Source of the DNA: an uncultured Clostridia bacterium | GTDB lineage: Bacteria; Bacillota; Clostridia; Oscillospirales; Acutalibacteraceae | NCBI GenBank assembly: GCA_938034875.1 | Contig: CALHND010000005.1 | Coordinates: 160,385-224,384, forward strand | Direction of reading: 5' to 3' | DNA: 64,000 nucleotides | In this document: positions 58,095 through 64,000 of the stretch, piece by piece | Numbering within the stretch: the stretch's first letter is position 1 | How the letters are laid out: the number at the start of each line of letters is the position of its first letter | Translations under genes and position numbers: made by a program | The notes under the pieces: generated by a model | Seen by the model: the letters and a program-made list of their open reading frames with translations, nothing else | Database searches by the model: none | What the model was told of the DNA's origin: nothing

Positions 58095-58934
58095 ATGGAA
58101 TCAATCATACACAAAATAAGATTTATGCATTCACAGATGGGTCCTGCAGAAAAAAAAATCGCTGATTATATACTTGAAAATACTCAAGAAATAATCAGTG
58201 ATTCTATTAGTGATTTTGCAGAAAAATGCTGCTGCGGAGATGCAACGGTCGTCCGCTTTGCTCAAAGATTGGGATTCAGCGGATATCAATCTTTGAAAAT
58301 AGGTATTGCAAGTGAAATCAGCTCTGCATCAAAGGTTAGCAAGGAGATTACTAAAGACGACTCCTGCTTTGATATTTTCAAAAAGCGCATAAGCGATATA
58401 TCGGTATCACTTGCTAACACCGAAACTGTTTTAGATGCAGAAATATTGGAGCTTACCGCCAAAGCCATAATGAAATCTAAAAGAATTGTAGTTTTTGGAT
58501 TAGGCAACTCTGCCGCAATTGCTCAAGATGCTGCACACAAATTTTTAAGACTTGGCTTTAATGCGCAGGCATGTTGCGACAACCATATGCAAGCAATTAT
58601 AGCCACTCATCTTGACCGCGCAAGCGTTGTTATTGGTATTTCGCATTCAGGCTCATCAAAAGATATTGTAGACGCATTAGAGCTTTCAAAAATAGGAGGA
58701 GCTACCACAGTATGTATTACAAACTTTGGCAACTCCCCTATTGTTAAGGCTTGTGATTACTCTTTATTTACTCGAGCAGAAGAAACCCAACACTCCATTT
58801 TGGCAATGAGTTCTCGCATAGCACAGCTTACCATCCTTGACTCAATATATACATATATTGTAGTTAATTCTGATAAACAAGCCGAGCAGGAGATTTATAA
58901 AACCGAATTAGCACTTCAGAATAAAAAATATTAA
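58095..58934 (+). CDS. MurR/RpiR family transcriptional regulator (HTH_6 + SIS domain)
   Basis: HTH MGPAEKKIADYILENTQEII ... SIS domain VVFGLGNSAAIAQDAAHKFLRLG. Divergent from the catabolic operon. Confidence 0.8.
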   Translation: MESIIHKIRFMHSQMGPAEKKIADYILENTQEIISDSISDFAEKCCCGDATVVRFAQRLGFSGYQSLKIGIASEISSASKVSKEITKDDSCFDIFKKRISDISVSLANTETVLDAEILELTAKAIMKSKRIVVFGLGNSAAIAQDAAHKFLRLGFNAQACCDNHMQAIIATHLDRASVVIGISHSGSSKDIVDALELSKIGGATTVCITNFGNSPIVKACDYSLFTRAEETQHSILAMSSRIAQLTILDSIYTYIVVNSDKQAEQEIYKTELALQNKKY

Positions 58935-58940
58935 AGCATT

Positions 58941-61259
58941 TTATAAATCAACCGTTTTAACCGTTACACCGCAATTATCACTCATTGCAGTAAGTTTAAG
59001 TTTTTTCTGTCCATTGGCTACCTTTACTGCAACAAGAATCTTGCCCATGTACATTTTACGCTCTGTGTTTGCCACGTTATTGTGGTCACAGTTATCTGAA
59101 CCGGTACCGACTATTTTTGCTGGTGCCGAAGCTGAAAATTTAACAAACTCACTAGCATCGGGTACTATATTGCCATTTTCATCAAGGCATTCACAGGTGA
59201 ATAAAGCAATATCCTTACCGTTAGCCTCAAATTCATTACATAAAGTAAGGCTTAGCGAAACCGGTTTACCGGTTGTAGTGCGTTTATCCTCTGCCACAAC
59301 GCATCCGTTTATATATCCAATAACCTTAATTTCGCCTGCTTTATACTGAACATTCCACTCACCGTGACCATATTTTTCAATCTGCTTTTTACCTAAGCTT
59401 TCGCCGTTAAGGAAAAGCTCTAGCTCATCACAGTTGGTATAAACAGTTACTAAAACATCCTCACCCTGCATACCCTCAAAATTCCAATGAGGAACGATAT
59501 GTACCATAGGTTCATTTGTCCAATGAGATTTATTTTGATAAAATGCGCCCTTTTTTTGTAAAAACAAATCAAGAGCACCCGATACTGAGCAGATTCTTGG
59601 CCATGCAGCCTCTCCCCTATGTTCTACTGCCGCCCACTGGTAGCAACCGAATACATACGGACGCGCTTTCAGAAATTTATATGTTTTTTCACGTCCTAAA
59701 AACCACTGGTTAGTATCAACATCTTTATCCCTGATTCTATCTTCGCTATTTGTATCGAAATTCCAGTCCCTTGTAGTGCCCGTAGCACAGCACTCCGAAG
59801 AAAACAAAGGTTTATCAGGACTTATTTCGTGAACTTTATCAAAGATATCTAAATTATAATTTATTCCTACAACAGAACAGTCTCCATATATGGTAGATTT
59901 TTCAGGATTCCTTTCCTCAGCAGCAGTAATAAGTCTTGTACGATCAAATTTTCTTATATGTTCGGCTACCGCTTTATGTATCCTACGACCGACATCGGAT
60001 GTGTGGTAAGGCTCCTCGTTGCTGGTTGACCATAATATAACACTTGGGCGATTTCTATCACGCTTGATAAGCGATTCAAGCTGTTCCAACCCCTCTTTTG
60101 TGCTTTCAAACCAACGTGCTTCATCCATGACCAAAAGACCCATTTCATCGCAAGCATCAAGATATGCAGCAGTCTGTTGGTAATGGCTCGTTCTATATCC
60201 GTTGGCGCCCATTTCTTTTATAAGTTTTATTTTGTATTTAGCAATATTATCAGGCACTGCAAGTCCCGTAAGACCAAAATCCTGATGCGCACATACACCG
60301 TTTATAAATGTAGTTTTGCCATTGAGTAATAGCCCTCTGTCAGCCAAAATTTCAACCGTTCTGAAACCAATTCTGGTATAGTTTTCATCAATTTCCTGTC
60401 CGCCCATTTTTAAAATGGTTTTTACGGTATAAAGATTTGGATTATCGCAGTCCCAAAGCAAAGGGTTATGTACAGTTGCGTTATACTTTACGATTGCTTT
60501 ATCACGCGTACAAACAACAGCCTTTCCCTCGCCTGCTGCAACACAATTGCCGTTAGCATCAAGCAGTTGACTTTCTATTGTTACAGCGCTATCAACATAA
60601 CCGGAATTTACAATGGTAGTTTCAAAATTTATCTTCCATGTGTTTTCATCTATTTTCTCATATGGAGCGTACACACCCCAAAGGTCAATGGCTACGGGCT
60701 CGGTAATTGTAAGGTGTACATCGCGGTATATTCCGCCGCCCTGATACCACCAGCCCTCCCATTCCTCTGTATTTACATAGACTGCAATAATATTTTCCTT
60801 ATCATAAAAAACATTATCACTTATATCTATTTCAAAGGTATTATAAGAGGAGAAGTTATGATACATAAGGCAACCGTTGAGATAAACTGTAGACATACCT
60901 GCAATACCATCAAAACGCAGGGTTATTCTCTTGTTTTCACTACCCTCAGGAAGTTTAAAATGATTTCTGTACCAGGCATTATCATAATGAAGAAAGCCAA
61001 GCGCATTATTTTCATCACTTGATAAATCCTGGGCTATTACATAATCATGAGGAACGGTAACTGTTTCCCAACGATCGCTATGAAGCGGTTTTCCACAATA
61101 ATAGGGGTCAGAAGTATCCAGATAGTTATAAGCCGCAGGTCCCGAAAGTTTTCTTTCGGTTTTACTCTGCGTATATATTGGCCCCTTTTGTGTCGGTCTC
61201 GGTACAACTATATCTCCCTTATGAAAAAGCCATTGTGTAAGATTTATTTCGTTACGCAT
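58941..61259 (-). CDS. glycoside hydrolase family 2 protein (beta-galactosidase/beta-glucuronidase-like)
   Basis: GH2 sugar-binding, Ig-like and TIM-barrel order, with the acid/base region WSTSNEEPY and the nucleophile region. 772 aa with no signal peptide. Confidence 0.8.
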   Translation of the reverse strand: MRNEINLTQWLFHKGDIVVPRPTQKGPIYTQSKTERKLSGPAAYNYLDTSDPYYCGKPLHSDRWETVTVPHDYVIAQDLSSDENNALGFLHYDNAWYRNHFKLPEGSENKRITLRFDGIAGMSTVYLNGCLMYHNFSSYNTFEIDISDNVFYDKENIIAVYVNTEEWEGWWYQGGGIYRDVHLTITEPVAIDLWGVYAPYEKIDENTWKINFETTIVNSGYVDSAVTIESQLLDANGNCVAAGEGKAVVCTRDKAIVKYNATVHNPLLWDCDNPNLYTVKTILKMGGQEIDENYTRIGFRTVEILADRGLLLNGKTTFINGVCAHQDFGLTGLAVPDNIAKYKIKLIKEMGANGYRTSHYQQTAAYLDACDEMGLLVMDEARWFESTKEGLEQLESLIKRDRNRPSVILWSTSNEEPYHTSDVGRRIHKAVAEHIRKFDRTRLITAAEERNPEKSTIYGDCSVVGINYNLDIFDKVHEISPDKPLFSSECCATGTTRDWNFDTNSEDRIRDKDVDTNQWFLGREKTYKFLKARPYVFGCYQWAAVEHRGEAAWPRICSVSGALDLFLQKKGAFYQNKSHWTNEPMVHIVPHWNFEGMQGEDVLVTVYTNCDELELFLNGESLGKKQIEKYGHGEWNVQYKAGEIKVIGYINGCVVAEDKRTTTGKPVSLSLTLCNEFEANGKDIALFTCECLDENGNIVPDASEFVKFSASAPAKIVGTGSDNCDHNNVANTERKMYMGKILVAVKVANGQKKLKLTAMSDNCGVTVKTVDL

Positions 61260-61670
61260 TTTAATCTCCTACCATACTTTAAATTATATCATAGTGATAT
61301 TATTTTTAAATATAAGATGATCGGCATGTCCTGCAGTAATTTGGAACATACCATTTTCTAAAACAAATTTATAATCGTTATTCTAAAATCTAAGCATTTG
61401 TTATGTAATATCAATCCTTACAGTCTTGTCTTCATTGGACGTGATACTTTTTTATAATGCTATCAACTACTGTATAGGTCGCAAGCTAAAGATAATATTT
61501 CAAATTCTTTTGCCTTTAATTGTTATAACATGAAAAAGAGCTTTAGTCCATAGGTTTGAACGATTTTTTGTTTAAATTGCTTTTCATGCCGTACATCTCT
61601 TTCCTCATTATCCATTGTGTCTGAATTATACTATTCGCCTGCGGAGAAAAAATCTTGGTCGCATTTATTA

Positions 61671-61708
61671 AAAGCACCTATCCAATTAAGGATAGGTGCT
61701 TTTGGCTT
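61671..61708 (-). terminator. terminator after the SPxTG surface protein gene
   Basis: GCACCTATCCttaattGGATAGGTGC hairpin with flanking T-runs on the minus strand. Confidence 0.45.
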
Positions 61709-61719
61709 TTTATCTATTT

Positions 61720-63864
61720 TTATTTTAAATATTTCTTACGTTTTAATGAAAGAGCGTATACCCCACCAACTGAAATAAAGAGCAATGTTGCCCATAAAAT
61801 CATATTACTATTATCACCAGTTTCAGGACTGTTTGTATTGGGGTTAGCCGGTGTAGATGTTTTAACAACTTCGAACTCTGCATCAGCAGAACCATTAGTT
61901 GAAACAATACTTATTGTATGTTTTCCAACATCAAGTGTTTTAACATAATCCGATTTTAGTATAACAGTTGTACTTCCTTCTTTAAGAATGTACTTATTTG
62001 AAGAAACTTGTTTCCCATCTACTAGGACTTTTTGAAAATCTTTAAAATCAGCATCAGATTTAAATGTTGCTTCTTTTCCTTGTTCAACAGTTTGATTTGC
62101 ACCTTCAACAATTTTCGGATTATCCGCAACAGGCGGGGTTACAGTCTTTAATTCAAGAGCATTGATCGCATCTTCAATAGCTTTTGCATAACTGTTAACT
62201 TCTTCTTGTTCCGTAATATCTTTATCACGAACAACGTTATTAATTGCATTATCTACAGCAGAAAAATCTTTGTAGTCCTCTTTGTTTAATGCATTTGCTT
62301 TACTTATTGCCTTATCTACTTTAGAATAGTCAGCTCGCAATATATATTGTTCATCACATACGGAATACACAAAATTGTTCTTATTAAAATTGTCTACATA
62401 GCTAATCTCAAACTTGGTATATATGCATATCAATTGTTTTGAATCATTGATGATAAAGGAAGGCGATGATGGGAAATTTAGTCTATCTTTATTGTATAGC
62501 TTTTGTGAAAGGGCAACAAAATTTTGTGTTTCAGGTTTAGCATAATAAAAACAAGTATCTTGTTGTTTTATCTCTTGGATATTTCCTTCCCCATCCACCC
62601 ATTTTTCATCATCTGTTTTGGTGTAAGTTTTACCGCCAATATTTATTTGGTTATCATTTGTTTTAAGTGGTTCATACTGAATTGCCGCAATGTACTTTAT
62701 ATCACCATTTTCAGAAACAAAAGAGTACTTCGTATCACCTGTTTTTGACACATCTGCAACTTGTACAGGTGTTAAACCGTCTTTAGCAGAATTGTTTACT
62801 ACATAAATGTTATTTTTATTATAGTAAAACAAACCTGAAATATCAGAATCTATGATTGATGCATTTGATGCACCATCTGTAAGATTAGTTACGACATTTC
62901 CTTTATTGGTAGCCATTTTAATTATGTTATTTTTATACTTATCGGAGTAAAAAGAATAACTTTGTGTAACTACTTTATCAAGCATAATATCAGAAATATG
63001 GGTTTTATCTATCGCCTCTTCAAAGATGGTCGCAATTTTACATCCTGTTTCTTCATGCCTATATTCATAAATAGAGTAGTTTGAAATATAATCGCAATTT
63101 TTTGCAAAAACCATTGGTACAGGGTTTTCACTTGTATTATCTTCATTATTTTCTGAGTAAAAAGCATTTGTTTTAGGATTATAATACAATCCTTCTATTC
63201 CATATGCATTTTTATCATTTTGGGTATTATGACAAACTACCCAAGAAACAAGTATTTTATCGTCAACCTTGGTCACTTTTGGATTATAAGTGCTAATATT
63301 ATCTGAATCATAAAAAGAAGAATTAGAAATAGTGCTTTTAACTTTCATTGGTTCAAAAGCTGCAACAGAAATTCTCATAGCACTTGCTATATCATAGCCT
63401 GTTGATTTTTCATTAAAGCTTTTAGTTGAATCGCTCCATGCAACTAACACATCATCATTTGAATATATAAATGGATGCATATCCCATGTATTATCATCTT
63501 TAATGTATTTTGGAACAGCAAAGTAATTGCCATTATAAACGGAATAGCTAATTTGTGAATAATTGTATTTGTCCAGATCGTAATTGTCCATGGTAAATAC
63601 AAGCAGTTCTTTTTCAACACCGTATGTTTCCGGTAAAGATGCCAGCTTAGTTTCAAAAAAACTAGACGCACCAGTTAGTAATATTGTGTGCGATACATCA
63701 CCATTTTGTGCAAATGATGTTGTAGAAGTAAGACCTATTAATAATGATAGTGATAAAAAGAACGATATTATCCTTAATTTTCTTGGCTTTTTTGTTGTCA
63801 TAATTCCTCCATTTGTTGTTTTCAGGATAAAAAAGATAATCGTTGTCCTGAGTGTTATATCCAT
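61720..63864 (-). CDS. cell-wall anchored surface protein with an SPxTG sorting signal
   Basis: Signal peptide. 714 aa, AT-rich and Asn/Ser/Tyr-rich. The C-terminus is NSPETG, then a hydrophobic helix, then KRKKYLK (SPxTG-type sortase B-like signal, as in Clostridioides). A Big_2-like domain lies near the C-terminus. Confidence 0.55.
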   Translation of the reverse strand: MDITLRTTIIFFILKTTNGGIMTTKKPRKLRIISFFLSLSLLIGLTSTTSFAQNGDVSHTILLTGASSFFETKLASLPETYGVEKELLVFTMDNYDLDKYNYSQISYSVYNGNYFAVPKYIKDDNTWDMHPFIYSNDDVLVAWSDSTKSFNEKSTGYDIASAMRISVAAFEPMKVKSTISNSSFYDSDNISTYNPKVTKVDDKILVSWVVCHNTQNDKNAYGIEGLYYNPKTNAFYSENNEDNTSENPVPMVFAKNCDYISNYSIYEYRHEETGCKIATIFEEAIDKTHISDIMLDKVVTQSYSFYSDKYKNNIIKMATNKGNVVTNLTDGASNASIIDSDISGLFYYNKNNIYVVNNSAKDGLTPVQVADVSKTGDTKYSFVSENGDIKYIAAIQYEPLKTNDNQINIGGKTYTKTDDEKWVDGEGNIQEIKQQDTCFYYAKPETQNFVALSQKLYNKDRLNFPSSPSFIINDSKQLICIYTKFEISYVDNFNKNNFVYSVCDEQYILRADYSKVDKAISKANALNKEDYKDFSAVDNAINNVVRDKDITEQEEVNSYAKAIEDAINALELKTVTPPVADNPKIVEGANQTVEQGKEATFKSDADFKDFQKVLVDGKQVSSNKYILKEGSTTVILKSDYVKTLDVGKHTISIVSTNGSADAEFEVVKTSTPANPNTNSPETGDNSNMILWATLLFISVGGVYALSLKRKKYLK

Positions 63865-64000
63865 ATTTTGGTATAGACTGTGTTTATTGTACAGGAACTT
63901 TAATTAAAAGTAAAGCAAAACCGACTTTCTTATTGATAAATTAAAAAATTGCACTTAAATCACTGCAAATAGTCTAATATTATAAATAAAAAGGTTAAAA

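Overview
This 64-kb window looks like chromosomal DNA from a cellulosome-type Clostridia bacterium (Oscillospiraceae/Ruminococcus-like). The evidence is dockerin and cohesin modules, an SPxTG sorting signal, SpoVA, and Clostridial DUF families. All calls below rest on reading the six-frame translations for family-diagnostic motifs; nothing was searched against a database.

Housekeeping backbone, left to right: 5-formyl-THF cyclo-ligase, DJ-1/PfpI, a Tmk-like kinase, thyX, prs, a sugar nucleotidyltransferase and uvrC. Then, on the minus strand, a co-oriented ECF-sigma / anti-sigma / lipoprotein / MBOAT / DHHW surface-acylation operon, followed by an ABC-2 exporter.

Two accessory islands follow:
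- An adhesion island with a membrane-anchored cohesin-like protein and two paralogous BspA-type leucine-rich-repeat (LRR) proteins that end in type-I dockerins. All three proteins share Cys-rich 'GH..C..C' repeats.
- An AT-rich RHS/YD-repeat polymorphic-toxin island (about 24.0-29.6 kb). It carries one intact orphan C-terminal toxin module (core ending DPFGL, then a Gly-zipper tip), putative membrane immunity genes, and three copies of a conserved YD-coding junction repeat that mark degenerate silent cassettes.

Further right: NfeD-flotillin, a PadR gene interrupted by an in-frame TAA, a tandem-DUF2812 protein, three tRNA-Ser genes (CGA, GCU, UGA) with consensus promoters, pduL, a SpoVAC/AEB protein, an XRE-DUF2975-DUF4153 trio, Mrp/ApbC, LOG, an amino-acid ABC transporter, and a standalone GuaA ATP-pyrophosphatase.

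The right third is a 9-gene minus-strand catabolic operon: a FucI-like isomerase, a GlcD-like FAD oxidase, a CCG Fe-S protein, a class II aldolase, a PfkB kinase, iolB, an FGGY kinase and a fused EtfB-EtfA. It is flanked by a divergent RpiR regulator, a GH2 glycosidase and an SPxTG-anchored surface protein.

The best candidates for a novel system are the RHS orphan-cassette array and the cohesin/dockerin-LRR cluster. The non-canonical iolBCJ-EtfBA operon is a third.
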